Source of the DNA: Neophaeotheca triangularis
Taxonomy: Eukaryota
Direction of reading: 5' to 3'
NCBI GenBank assembly: GCA_054600435.1
Contig: BAAIJX010000014.1
Span: 62,001-126,000, forward strand
Length of the DNA stretch: 64,000 bases
Shown: one piece after another, positions 48,733-60,833 of the stretch
Numbering within the stretch: position 1 is the stretch's first letter
Layout: each line of letters begins with the position of its first letter
The notes under the pieces: model-generated
What the model was told of the DNA's origin: nothing
The model's input: only the letters and a program-made list of their open reading frames with translations
The model's database searches: none
Position numbers and translations under genes: made by a program

Positions 48733-50149
48733 GCTGCAGCGATAAGACAGCAACCACCGAGGTCTTTCATGTCGCTGTCCTACGTCCACACACCGAGGTT
48801 GTGTATGCGGACCCGAGTCGTCCTCGCCTGGACTTCTAGATCCTGCGCCATGACTTCTCCAGATTCAATAAGTCGACGAAAATCACCCCATGGGGCTGCA
48901 TCTGCTCTCCGGTTAGCTCCAGGGTGCTCAGACCACGACTAGCAGGGGCTGGATCGCCTATCTCAACCGCATCGGTCCCTGCTTCATCGCCGAGCTTCAT
49001 GGCGACAAAACGAGGCATTGCTGCTGCCTGGAGTGGAAAGTGGTATGAACGTTAACGATCTATGGTATTAATGTTATCGAGTTTTCGAATTCCTCCTGCA
49101 ACACCTTTCCCACGGCATGGAATGTTTCGTGCAGGGTCATGATTTTAAAGGATCGGCAGCAGGGGAAAATGCGCAAGCGGAGAGGTGTGAAACGTGCCAC
49201 TCTTGTCTACGCTTAACGCCTATCACACAGGTCCCAGGAGCCGCGGCCTTGACTGTGACGCCCGGCGCACTACTTGGTAAAGTACGGAGCAATAATAATG
49301 TCTAGGTCTTGTTAGATTGATTGAAATGCATGCCTCAGGCAATCACCCGCATTTTTAATACTCTAAGCGACTCGGCAGACATGCCAAGTACCTGGGGCGC
49401 TTGGCTGGGTAGTGCACGACACGACACAACATCCCAACCAATACCTGACAAGGCAGCCATCAGTACGCACAAGTACGACGCCTCACGGTACGGTATTCAA
49501 GGCTTCTTCCAACGTCAGATTCGGACGAACGAGAAGCTCTTCCAGCTCCAAACAGCCGAGGCCTACCGCCAAATAGCTGGGACGCTGCGCTGCCCGATGG
49601 AAATCTATCGGACTAGTACTACCCTGGTGTTGTCGCGCGTGCAGTCGCATAATCCAAGCAATACTAAGGGTTGGCATTAATAGCGCCATCACCTCTGTGC
49701 CACGCGCGTGCCACACGAGTGCTAGGGGAATGCGTAACCATGATTGGTACCGCCCTACTGCCCTCCCCACACTATCACTTCCCCAAGTCATACCCCGGAC
49801 GCACCACCCCGGCGGGCCACCTTCCAGATGCTCTCTTGAGTCTCTTCCAAGGACTCGCTTAGCCTCCCAAGACCAGGGCCACTCTATGCCGCTGCATTCT
49901 TCTACCCTATAGCATTCTTTGTTGCTATTTGCCTCCCGAGATGCCTCGGTGCTTTCGCAAACAAAGCCGCCCAGATGCACCTGACCGCTCGTTCATATAT
50001 CTGTCTTTGTTCGCGTCCCATGCTGTTCAGAGGACCCACCACCGGTCGAACTCTTCCTTTTCCCGCTATTGACCTGGCCTCCTGGTATCATTACTCCAAC
50101 CTGAAGTGTCACCTCGTCCTCTCCTCAGACCACCAACTCCAGAATTACC

Positions 50150-52025
50150 ATGGCGCTCAGCTCAACCAAAGAAGACATTGTGCACCTCGAGAAGAGTGCG
50201 GCCGCCGATACAAACTATGACAAACCTCAAGATGTGGGTGAGTCCCTCGACGACGACCCAGTCTACTCCTACAAGGAGCAGCGCAAGATCATCCACCGCA
50301 TCGACCGGCGTCTCATCACTATTTCCGGCATCATCTACATGAATAGCTTGATGGACCGCTCCAATTTGCCCAATGCCAACATTGCAGGCATGGAAGATGA
50401 TTTGGGCCTCGTTGGGAACAACCGATACGTGAGTGGCAGCCAACGCGCAGCTTTTGCACCTTTGATGACCTGACTCTCGGTCGTAGGCCATTCTTTCTTT
50501 GGTCTTTTTCATAACCTACACCATTTTTCAGCCACCAGCAACCATCCTCACTCGTACTTTCGGCCCTAGGATTTTCCTTTCTTCCATCTGTATTGCCTGG
50601 GGTTTGGTGATGGTAAGTAGGCTGCCTGACGGCTCGTTTGCGGTGGAATCAAACTGATGTTCTCTTAGGTCGGCTTTTCGTTTGTCGACGAATGGTGGGA
50701 GCTTGTCCCACTGCGTCTCGTGTTGGGTGTTTTCGAAGGTTAGTGGAATCGACCGACCTTTCAGCCTCCAAACTAACTAAGAAATCAGCTGCCTACTTCC
50801 CTGGTGTCGTCTACTTGATCTCGACCTGGTACGCACGCTATGACATGCAGAAGCGTTACGCTGGATTCTATGCTCTCGGTCTTGTTGCTTCGGGTTTCTC
50901 CGGTATATTGGCCTTCGGTCTTCAACAATTGGATGGCGCAGGTAAGTAAAGCTGCGATGCTCAAATGTTGGTCTGATTTGTTCTCTAATAATGATCAGGC
51001 GGTCTGGAGGGTTGGCGTTGGATCTTCCTCGTGTTCGGATTGACCACTGTAGCCGCCGGACTAGCAGGTTACGTTTTCCTCGTCGATTTCCCCGACAAAG
51101 CTCTCAACAAGAAGTACTATGGCTTCGTCAACAAGGATGAGATCGCTTTCATCCTCCGTCGTATCAACAAGGATCGAGACGATGCCAACATGGAGCCGTG
51201 GAACTTCAAGAAGTGGATCGGCGCCGGGAAGGATTGGAAAATCTGGGTTTTTGCTCTGCAATTCTTGTGAGTCAACATAATGCTAGTTGTCGTTGTGAAG
51301 GTTGCTGACCAACTGACCACGTAGCTCGCTCACCTGTCAAGCTTACTCATTGGCGTACTTCCTTCCCATCATTCTCCTGTACACCTTGGGCTTCAGCGTC
51401 GGCGAGTCCCAATTGCTCACCGCTCCCCCATATGCCTTTGCCGGTATCGTGATGATTGCTGCTGCCTGGTTCGGCGACAAGTTCCACGTTCGTGGGCCAA
51501 TCCTCGCTACTCTATCCGTCACTGGTATTATCGGTCTAGCGCTCTTGGTAAGCTCTGTGCTGCAGAACCTCTCCTCTGACCTTACTTACACTCACTAGGG
51601 ATGGACAACCCAACCGGGCGTTCGTTACTTCGGCATCTTCCTCGTTTGCGCTGCTTGTAACGGTGGCATCCCAACAGTCATGGCCTACCAAGCCAACAAC
51701 ATCCGTGGGCAGTGGACTCGGGCCTTCGCCTCTGCGACCTTAGGTACGTATCGCCGAGACTGGCCTCCCCGTCCCACTAGCAACAACGCGACTAACCTTA
51801 CTCCCAGTCGGTTTCGGCGGTATAGGCGGTATTGCCGGCTCGACCGTCTTCCGCAACGAAGACCGGCCCGACTACCACTTCGGCCTAGGTTGGTGCATTG
51901 GCTGCAACATCCTAATCATCACCACCGTTGCCATCAACACCTTTGTGTTCAAGCGCCAGAACAAGAGGGCCGACCGTGGCGAGATCGTCCTCGCAGGCGA
52001 CCCCAATTTCCGGTACACCATTTAA
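50150..52025 (+). CDS. MFS transporter, anion:cation symporter (DAL5/TNA1-like) family, 8 exons
   Basis: RIDRRL, MDRSNLPNA, YLISTWY..KRYA, GLEGWRWIF, LTAPPY, AYQANNIRGQW, FRYTI end; seven GT-AG introns. Confidence 0.9.
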
Positions 52026-52823
52026 GTTTACGACAAGCTCGGTTATTTGCGATCGCCCTGCTACGGAGGATATGATACGTTTGAAGAGCAAGCGGAAACA
52101 CGAGCTTCGTCCTTTCACTCATAAGGTCGCTCGGTCTGGTGTAGTCTCTAGCTTTTCAAATATGAAATCTGAAGATTTGCAACTTTTTCCGTGCCATGTT
52201 GTGCTGCTTTGGTCACCAACAACGCACATTCTCCCCGGTAAAGTGAAATGCCGCGTTCCAAGCACGAATTTGACGGACACACACTCCGTTTCGCTCGACG
52301 TCTTTGTAGTCAGGTCAACGTATCGAGTTGTAACGGATTCATATACAGTAAGGGAGCCTCAACTGCCCGAGACATCCATAACTTTCTTACTCGTCTGTCG
52401 CCGTGAACACACGGCGAAATCCTCGGATAGCATGAGGGAGAACGGCAGCTATCGAGTGCCTGTCGAGGCTGAATAGAAAGCTCCGCGGTTTGGGACGAAA
52501 AACTTGGGTAGGCCTGCCCGATCGGGCAGAGTCCGAGGGGACGATTGTGTAGGATGCATTACGTAGAAGATCCGCACATGGGAATATACATGTCAAAGCC
52601 CCTTCCGGATTCTTAAGAATCCCAAACACAGCCCTCGAGCGCCTTCTTCTCCCGCCGCCGTGCTCTGCTGTCCTTGCTCAACGACTCGGCTTCGCTTCCC
52701 TCTCAGATTGCTGGCAGGCTGTAGGTGCCGTCCAACTCGTCGGTTTCGTGGTTGATGGACGCTCGGCGTAGTGCGAGCCATTTCTTCCGAGGGTGCTGGC
52801 GCTTTACCTTGAAGCCTTTTGCC

Positions 52824-53985
52824 TCAGTCCTGCGTCCCGCGTGCCGACCCAGGTACCGAGCTTTGTTGGTAGTGTTGGTCCATCTCACTTTCGCGCTGGC
52901 GGAGGGCGTGGCCCCTTCTTCCCCGCACTCCCCGGACTCGTCGCATTCACCGGGTGCTTGGTGTAGGGGCCTTTGGCTCGTCGTTGGCGGGAGGAAGGAT
53001 GGTTGCGGTTGCTAACTTGGCGTCGACTAGACTCTTCGCGACCGTGCTGGTGAGCGCATATTGAATCTTCTAGGCCGCGAGCGTCTCGTCGGTCTCCATA
53101 GCCGTAAAGTTGCCGATGCGTTCTAGTGTATGCAAAGTGGCATCCGTGACCTGTTCATCAGGAAAGGCTTCCGTAACGGTGACACTGGTTCCTCAGGGAG
53201 CGATGAGCGCTGGAGTTTCGTTGGATTGTTGCTCGGTGCTATCTGCAGAGGCGGCCTGTTCGTCTGGCGCCACTCGTTCAGACTAAACATGTCATCAGCA
53301 TCGAATGTAACAAGCAAGACACAACAGCCACTCCCTCGCTTACTCGCACAACCAACGCGCCATTATCTTCCCTCTTCTCGGCCGTCAAGTACTGTTCTTC
53401 AGGCCAGGCGTACGACCTAGGGAAGTAAATGGTCCAACTGCTCGACCAATAAAGCAGCCTAGCCAGGCTAGCCGCATCCAGCTGCCAAACCCTATCCCTC
53501 GCCTCGCGCGAACGATTGCCAGCGTACTTTTCAGCAAGCGTCCAGGGCATCTTGAACCCCTGGTCCATGCGCACGTACCCGGGTTTCGCCATCACTAACC
53601 CGCCCTCGAGCGTCAGAGGTTGGTACGATCCTTCGGGTCCGTGATCAAGTTGTATCCTGTCTGGGGCCATGGGGAAGAAAGACAGGCGGTAAAGATCGTC
53701 GTTTTTCGTGGACCAATGCTCGCTTAGTGTCTTGCCGCCCAATCTCGTCATGATCAAAAAGGACATGTAGTCGGGACATTCCTTTTGGCGCGAGAGAACC
53801 AATATCGGATGGTTGTATATCCCTCTGTGCGCTGGAATTTGGCCTTCGTAATCATACACTACTACTGGCGAAACGGACTCGGTGGTTCCCTCTTCCGTTG
53901 TCCTCGTGATGTCTCGTAGCCGTGGAAGCCAAAGTATCCGACCCTGGACGATGTCGGTTTCTTCTATACGGACATTGGGACGCAA
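52824..53985 (-). pseudogene. Probable disabled hypothetical gene (GRILWLP...YNHPILVL...FLIMT type)
   Basis: No in-frame ATG before the upstream stop; intron 53283-53343; the second exon frame reads protein-like but has stops at 53193, 53070 and 52947. Confidence 0.5.
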
Positions 53986-55480
53986 GGGAGATGGGGCTCG
54001 GGAGGAAAGACTCGATGATGGAGGGGCTGGTGGTGGTGGTGGTGGTGCGGGGACAGGTGATCCTCGGGTGCTTCGGGGGCCCTGTGAAAAGGCGGTTGGT
54101 AGGTGTGCTGATGCTGCAATGGTTCGCCTCCTCTGGCCTCTCCCACCGCGAGAGATGGTGAAAGCAAGAGTATTCTCTGCGAGTAATTTGGCAGGCTGCA
54201 GAGACCGCGTTTTCGAGTAGGTTCACGACGAAGTCGCTTGTCGAAGGTGTGGTCCTTCAAGTGCAATGACAGGTCGATGACGGTAAGAATGGTATATGGT
54301 ATCTTCCTTTCCAAGATCGGCAGGACTTGTGCGATAGCGTTTGCGGTTTAGGAGAGTTTAGAAAGGTCGGGTATAGAAAGTTGTTGAGGATGGCGATGCT
54401 AGGGGGTTGGCGGGGCGCGCTTGCCCTTTTCGAGACTTGGGGAAGAGGAAGTGAATGAGGCTTTTAGCGAGGGGAACCGGGGTTTTGTTTATATTTCTTG
54501 ACCTGCAACTTTGCATATAGAGGTGGGTGATGCGAATGTACTATGTATTGCTAATCTCCTTACCTTAATGATGGCATGGAGGCTTTGTGATATACTTGCA
54601 GGGACATTGCTCAATGCTCGTACTTTACAAAGCGTCCAGCATGGGACCATGCTCCCCATTGCTACGCCTGGCGAAGTTGTCTTGCTGCTTGACTTGTGTC
54701 TTGCTTGAGATTCCTTTCCCCATGCTGCACGCGAGCCCTCTTATCTGTCAGAGCCTGAGCTTAGTTGGTCACAAGGAAGTCGTTTGTAACGCGGCCATTA
54801 CAGGCATACTCTTTCTCCAGGAAATTTGGTGTCTGCGATGGGAAACGCAGACTCTCAAGCCCCTGGTTCATGAGGGTTGCTTTTACAGCAGTCTTGATAG
54901 CGGAGACGAACGATACCCTGGACCAGCTTTCGATGGAAAAAAGGCGTTACCAGCAAGTTTCCTCTACGACAATGGGTCCCGTGGGCCCGCAACCCGAGAC
55001 TCAGAAATGTTCTTAGAACAGGGGGCTGCCGAAGACCATTAGAGGGGGTAAGATGTCTCTTCGAGGATTTATGCCGAACAATTGGGCATTGTGTCTAGGG
55101 GATTAAATTTTCAAATGGCAGTGAGTTCTCTTGTTCTTTATTGCGGCCCAATCAGCGGCTCTGTTGATGATAAAAGTAACCGTGTATGCTCAAGACGAGA
55201 CTGGCAACGACATGAATACGATCGCTTGAAGCGCATCGAAGTTGTTGTTGTCAAGGGGAACATCAGCCCATACCACACGGGTGAGGTCGGGGAAACGCCA
55301 ACGGCAAGATCCGAGCTTCGTACATCGACATCTCAAGACAAGCAGCTACAGAGGGAGCTTCACTTACCTTATACACGCCAACTCAGAACACAGAAACTCT
55401 TTCCACTCCACCACATATTCAAAGGTATACAGCTCAAATACCGCATATCTTCCATATGGACACTAATTGCATGCGAACAG

Positions 55481-55831
55481 ATGCTCGCCCGCGCCGCCAT
55501 CCGTGCCCCTCAGACCGTCGCCCGCCGTGGCTTCTCGACCACCCGCGCTCAACTCGGCTCTCCCTACCACTACCCCGAGGGCCCGCGTAGCAACATCCCC
55601 TTCAACCCATTGACCAAGTTCTTCGCCGTCCGATACTGGGGTTTCATGGGTAGGTGGACTTCAGGAACAGCGAGGAGGACGGTACATGGAATACAGGCTA
55701 ACGGGATGGACTAGCTGCTGGATTTTTTGCGCCATTTGGCATTGCTGGTAAGTGAAAACGAGAGCTACGACTGACTGTAAGGGTAGATGCTGACGTGTTG
55801 GACAGTCTGGCAGACGAAGAAGAACCAGTAA
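55481..55831 (+). CDS. COX8: Cytochrome c oxidase subunit VIIc (yeast Cox8-like), 3 coding exons
   Basis: Presequence MLARAAIR..RRGFSTT, HYPEGPRSNIPF, GFFAPFGIAVWQTKKNQ. Confidence 0.9.
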
Positions 55832-56179
55832 GGGTTAGGACGGCTGAGGGCGCGGAGTATCGGGAGCAAGTTTCAAAGTCGTATAGTTGGAAGGATAGCG
55901 TTGTACAATTCAGACCTCGTCGCGATAATACACCAAGGCAATTCATACTGTGGCCGCAAGGCATACAGAGAGGGCATATGTGCGACAGTCAGAGGTGCAC
56001 GTGACCTGATGAGGTCTCGCTTAAAGCGCGCTAGTCTCTTCTTGAACATATAAATTTGAAGGGTAAAACCAGGCGTCAATTATTAAACCTCATGCCTACA
56101 AGTGGTTACCTCTTTCGTTCGAGTTGCTGTCAATTGTATCTGTCTAATGACCTGAGGCTTCTGCTCGAGCGCAGTGAAT

Positions 56180-59100
56180 ATGCACAATCTGGTGAACACG
56201 AGACATGCAATCACAAATTTCGAAAGCGAGGCATCGCCACTAACGGCCACCACCTGGGATGCGACAGACGACTCGCTAATACTGGCTTTTGGACCCTCGG
56301 AAACCAGTCCAGCTCTCACACTCCGTCGTTTGCCTGCGGATGGAATTTTGCCAAGCGACACAGTTGCGATAACCTCTTGGGACGCCCCTTCTCCGAACCC
56401 TGACCTACCGGTAGATCGAATTCTTGATCTGCAGTACTTCGCGGACACACGAACAGCATGCCTGGTGTTGGAAGGCGGCGACATAATAGTCGTGCGCGAA
56501 GAGCCTCAACCGGATGAGGAATTGATCGAGATTGTCGGATCAGTCGACGCAGGAATTGCCGCCGCTAGATGGAGTCCGGATGAGGAATTGCTCGCAGTCA
56601 CCACCAAAGCTGATACCGTTTTGTTCATGACACGGGCGTTCGAGGCTACTGCGAGCATCGAGCTTTCTACCAGAGATGTCGAAGTTTCCAATCACGTTTC
56701 CGTTGGATGGGGTAAGTCGGAAACGCAGTTCAAAGGCCGTGGAGCGAAGGCGCTGCGGGATCCTACCGTTCCTGAACATATCGATGCGGGAATTCTGAGC
56801 CCGTTCGATGATGGAAGTTGCACAATCAGCTGGAGAGGCGACGGTCAGTATGTAGCATTGAACAGTATTTTGGAGTCAGAACCACAGCGGCGCATCATTC
56901 GCGTTTACTCGAGGGAGGGTATTTTGGAAAGCGTGAGCGAACCGGTCGACGGACTTGAAGGGGCACTGAGTTGGAAGCCGAGCGGTCAGCTTATTGCCGG
57001 TATCCAGCGCAAAGGCCAGAGCGTTGATGTCGTCTTCTTCGAGCGCAATGGTTTGAGACACGGAGAGTTCAGTCTTCGCCTGTCCGAGCAAGAGGCTGAA
57101 AGCGTGGGATCGTCTATATCGCTCAGCTGGAACGTCAACTCATCTGTCCTGGCTGTGGCCATGCAGGAGCGCGTCCAGCTCTGGCAGACGAGCAATTATC
57201 ACTACTACCTCAAGCAAGAAATCCAGAGTGGAATGATCCCAGCAGCCAGAGCGGTGTCGCATAAATGGCACCCTGAGCAAGCTTTGCGGCTTGCTTGCCA
57301 TACTACAGGAGCCCTCAAGTCTCTGGCTTACGCTAGTAGCGCCAGCGTGGGCTCATTGCTCCCTCCCAGCGACCATGGTCTTACTGCAGCGATCGATGGC
57401 AAGCAGCTCAAAATCACAGCACTTCGAAACGCCAACATTCCACCTCCTTATGCACAAGAGACACTAGAGATGGAGCAGCCGGCATTACACGCAGCGATGA
57501 ACAAGTCTGGTGGAATAATCGCTGTTCTACACGCTCGCAGTATCTCGCTGTACCGCTGTGGTGTTGTGCAGAAGCCATCCAACGGCTCGGAATTTGTCGC
57601 AAAGTGTGAACTTGAAGCTCTAGAAGCATCTTTCAGGCAGGTTGCCTTCTGCGGAGATGATACTCTCGTTGTGCTTGGAAGCGTAGCCAGCAGTCCTGGT
57701 TCAATCCTGACCATGTTCGGAGTGGACGGGAGCCTCCGCCGTCAAATATCTCTCGAGCGGACCATGACCACCATCACCCATCGAACGGATCACGACAGAA
57801 TATGCTACGAGGATGACAAAGGCGCCGTATACGAGTTGGAACCCAGCTTCGATGCTTCTCCCGCAATGCTCGCCACACTCCCGACAGCATGTCCGACCAT
57901 TGCCGTCTGGCAGCGAGAGGATCATTCCATCGTCTTTGGACACACCTCGAGCGGTGTTCTACACATACGGAGCGCCGATGCAACGCAGAGCCTCAAGATA
58001 TCGGGCGTCACTTCTTTCCGGGTCACTTCAGAGCATCTGGTTTACACTACCTCCCAGCATCTCCTGAAGTTTGTTCATCTGCAGTCAGCAGCGCTTGATG
58101 TCCCCCTGGACGAGCCGGAGAAGGACGAGCGATGTCGAAACGTCGAGAGAGGAGCAAAACTCATCACGGTCATGCCAAGCACCTTTGCTTGCGTACTGCA
58201 GATGCCGAGAGGGAACTTGGAAACCATCTACCCAAGAGCTCTAGTCTTAGCGGGTATTCGAACCTGCATCACCAAGCAGAATTACAAGAAAGCTTTCTCG
58301 ATATGCAGAGCTCGAAGGGTTGACATGAACATTCTATACGATTATGCGCCAAAACAGCTGATCGAGAACGTTGATGCCTTCCTGACACAGGTCAAGAAGG
58401 TGGAATATATTGACCTCTTCCTCAGTTCGCTTTCTGAGGAGGATGTAACGCAGACCATCTACAAGGACACACTCAATGTTTCAGGATCAGACAACCTCGC
58501 TCACACCCAGGCTGCTCAACCGCTCCAAACTATAGCTGGCTCGAAGATCAACCGCGTCTGCGACGCATTCTTGGATTCTCTTCGCCGTCACGGTTTCGAG
58601 CGCTTGCAGAATATAGTCACAGCGCACGTTAGTAAGAATCCTCCAGACCTCGAGGCCGGTGTAGGTCTTGTCTCAGAGCTACGCAAAAACGAACAAGACA
58701 AAGAGCAGCTCGAACAGGCTATCGAGCACATTTGCTTTCTTGCAGACGTCAACCAGCTCTACGACACTGCACTAGGTCTGTACGAGATCGAGGTAGCGCT
58801 GCTGATAGCACAGCAGTCGCAGAAAGACCCTCGCGAATACCTACCTTATTTGCAAAGCTTGCACGACATGGCTCCCTTGAGGCAGCGATTTTCCATCGAC
58901 AACGACCTCAAGCGATATCGCAAAGCTCTGAGCCATCTAAATGTCATGGACGAGTTTGAGGAGTTGCAAAACTACACAATCAAGCACGAACTCTACAGCG
59001 CAGCAATCGACCTCTACCGCTACGACAGCAAAAAGGTTGTCGACCTCATGAGACTCTACGCAGACTTCCTCAGCAGCCGCAACAGATACAAAGAAGCCGG

Positions 59101-60100
59101 CATCGCCTTCGAATTCATCGGCGACTACGAGCACGCCTACGAAGAATACCGCAGCGGCAGCATGTGGCGCGAAGCCCTGGCAAGCGCCGCCCTTGTCCCC
59201 GTCGCAGCGGAAAAGCTCCACACAATCGCAAGCGACATGGCCGAAAGCCTAACGGAAAGCAAAGACTTCGCCGCCGCGGCGACCATCAACCTCGAATACC
59301 TCTCCGACCTCCCCGCAGCCCTCAGCCTCCTCTGCAAAGGCCACCACTACGCCGAAGCCCTGCGCACAACCTCCCGCCACAAGCGCCCCGACCTTTTAAC
59401 CTCCATCGTGGACCCGGGCCTCATCGACTCCTCGGCAACGACGACGGAGCTCCTGGCGGAAATGAAATCCCAGCTCTCGGCCCAACTGCCCCGACTGAGC
59501 GAACTGCGGCAAAAGAAGCTCGAAGACCCCATGGCCTTTCTGGACGGCGCCGACGGCGGGGACGGCGACGTGCCGGACAACATCTCCCTCGCGCCCACCG
59601 ATGCCACGACCTCGGCCGGCACGTTCATGACCCGCTATACCAACCGCAGCACGGGAACGTTGGCGACGAATGCGACGCGCAAGACTAGTAAGAACCGACG
59701 CCGGGAGGAGAGGAAGCGGGCCAGGGGCAAGAAGGGCACGGTTTATGAGGAGGAGTATTTGGTCAATTCCGTCGGGAGGCTGGTCGAGAGGGTCAATGCC
59801 GTGAGTGAGGATGTGGGGAATTTGGTAGAGGGGCTGATGAGGCGGGCGATGAGGGAGCGGGCGGTGGCTGTCGAGGGGGCCATGGTGGAGGTTGTGGAGG
59901 TTTGCAAGGGGTGTTTGGAAGAGGTGTTTGCTCCGGCGGCGCAAGTGGTGCCCGGGGGAGATGCTGGTGGCGGTGAGGCCGAGGGCGCTGCTAGGCCGTG
60001 GGGTGGGCAGGGTGTGTTGTGGGAGGCGCTGTCGAGCTCTTCCGCCAAGAAGGAGGCGCCGGTGCTCAAGGCTTTTGAGAGGCTGAGCTTGCTTCGTTGA
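56180..60100 (+). CDS. ELP1: Elongator complex subunit 1 (single exon)
   Basis: WSPDEELL, VSVGWGKSETQFKG, FFERNGLRHGEF, LQMPRGNLETIYPR, SQKDPREYLP, RKRARGKKGTVYEEEYLVNS. Confidence 0.96.
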   Translation: MHNLVNTRHAITNFESEASPLTATTWDATDDSLILAFGPSETSPALTLRRLPADGILPSDTVAITSWDAPSPNPDLPVDRILDLQYFADTRTACLVLEGGDIIVVREEPQPDEELIEIVGSVDAGIAAARWSPDEELLAVTTKADTVLFMTRAFEATASIELSTRDVEVSNHVSVGWGKSETQFKGRGAKALRDPTVPEHIDAGILSPFDDGSCTISWRGDGQYVALNSILESEPQRRIIRVYSREGILESVSEPVDGLEGALSWKPSGQLIAGIQRKGQSVDVVFFERNGLRHGEFSLRLSEQEAESVGSSISLSWNVNSSVLAVAMQERVQLWQTSNYHYYLKQEIQSGMIPAARAVSHKWHPEQALRLACHTTGALKSLAYASSASVGSLLPPSDHGLTAAIDGKQLKITALRNANIPPPYAQETLEMEQPALHAAMNKSGGIIAVLHARSISLYRCGVVQKPSNGSEFVAKCELEALEASFRQVAFCGDDTLVVLGSVASSPGSILTMFGVDGSLRRQISLERTMTTITHRTDHDRICYEDDKGAVYELEPSFDASPAMLATLPTACPTIAVWQREDHSIVFGHTSSGVLHIRSADATQSLKISGVTSFRVTSEHLVYTTSQHLLKFVHLQSAALDVPLDEPEKDERCRNVERGAKLITVMPSTFACVLQMPRGNLETIYPRALVLAGIRTCITKQNYKKAFSICRARRVDMNILYDYAPKQLIENVDAFLTQVKKVEYIDLFLSSLSEEDVTQTIYKDTLNVSGSDNLAHTQAAQPLQTIAGSKINRVCDAFLDSLRRHGFERLQNIVTAHVSKNPPDLEAGVGLVSELRKNEQDKEQLEQAIEHICFLADVNQLYDTALGLYEIEVALLIAQQSQKDPREYLPYLQSLHDMAPLRQRFSIDNDLKRYRKALSHLNVMDEFEELQNYTIKHELYSAAIDLYRYDSKKVVDLMRLYADFLSSRNRYKEAGIAFEFIGDYEHAYEEYRSGSMWREALASAALVPVAAEKLHTIASDMAESLTESKDFAAAATINLEYLSDLPAALSLLCKGHHYAEALRTTSRHKRPDLLTSIVDPGLIDSSATTTELLAEMKSQLSAQLPRLSELRQKKLEDPMAFLDGADGGDGDVPDNISLAPTDATTSAGTFMTRYTNRSTGTLATNATRKTSKNRRREERKRARGKKGTVYEEEYLVNSVGRLVERVNAVSEDVGNLVEGLMRRAMRERAVAVEGAMVEVVEVCKGCLEEVFAPAAQVVPGGDAGGGEAEGAARPWGGQGVLWEALSSSSAKKEAPVLKAFERLSLLR

Positions 60101-60437
60101 TCTCGATTGGTGTGGACTTCGTGTTCGATGCGTAGCGTGATGCTGGTAGCGTGATGCTTAGCAGGTGCCTAGTCTACAACGTCTTTCTACAGCTACACGC
60201 AGCCCCTCTCTCCCCATTTACCTGACACTGCGTGCAGAAGTCCCACTTGGAACCGGGTCTTCAAGTACATATCAGATCTACCACGCGCCTCTACTGTGCG
60301 AAAAACGGTCATGTCTCTCAACGCCCTCGATCACATGTACCTGTACCTCCCTCTACGATCAACAAAGTCCCAGCATCGATTTCCAGACAAGAGCAGTCAG
60401 CCCGTCTCGCTTGGATCGACATAGCTATCCACCTTGC

Positions 60438-60459
60438 AAAAAAAAAAAAAAAAAAAAAA
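60438..60459. repeat. Poly(A) tract between convergent genes
   Basis: About 22 consecutive A residues. Confidence 0.9.
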
Positions 60460-60833
60460 CCGCCGTAGTCGTCTTGAGATTGAAAGCATACCAGCACTGA
60501 GCTTGAAAAAGTACGAGAAACTCTATCTGCATCGAACGAATCCCAGCAGCCGGCAGCCCACACAGCACAAGACCGTAAAAAAAACAAAAAAACAAAAAAC
60601 AAGAAGACAGCAACAAGTGCCGAGCCGGTAAACATCTCAAGCACGCACGAGAAGAGAAAGAAAAAGAAAAAGAAAGGCAGAACAAGCACACCCCTCCTCC
60701 CCAACACTGCTCGCACAGCCGCCCCGGTCGCCGTCCCACCTCCCGAATTCAGCGTCGCGTGCACACTAATGAGAGGAAAAAGCAAGAGAGAAGAGAACAA
60801 ACGAAAAACGAAACACCACGACACGACCAAGCC

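Noticed and set aside
54587..55042. ORF with KKALPASFLYD, faintly like the start of EgtD-type methyltransferases
   Set aside because: Only a few matching residues and none of the remaining domain.
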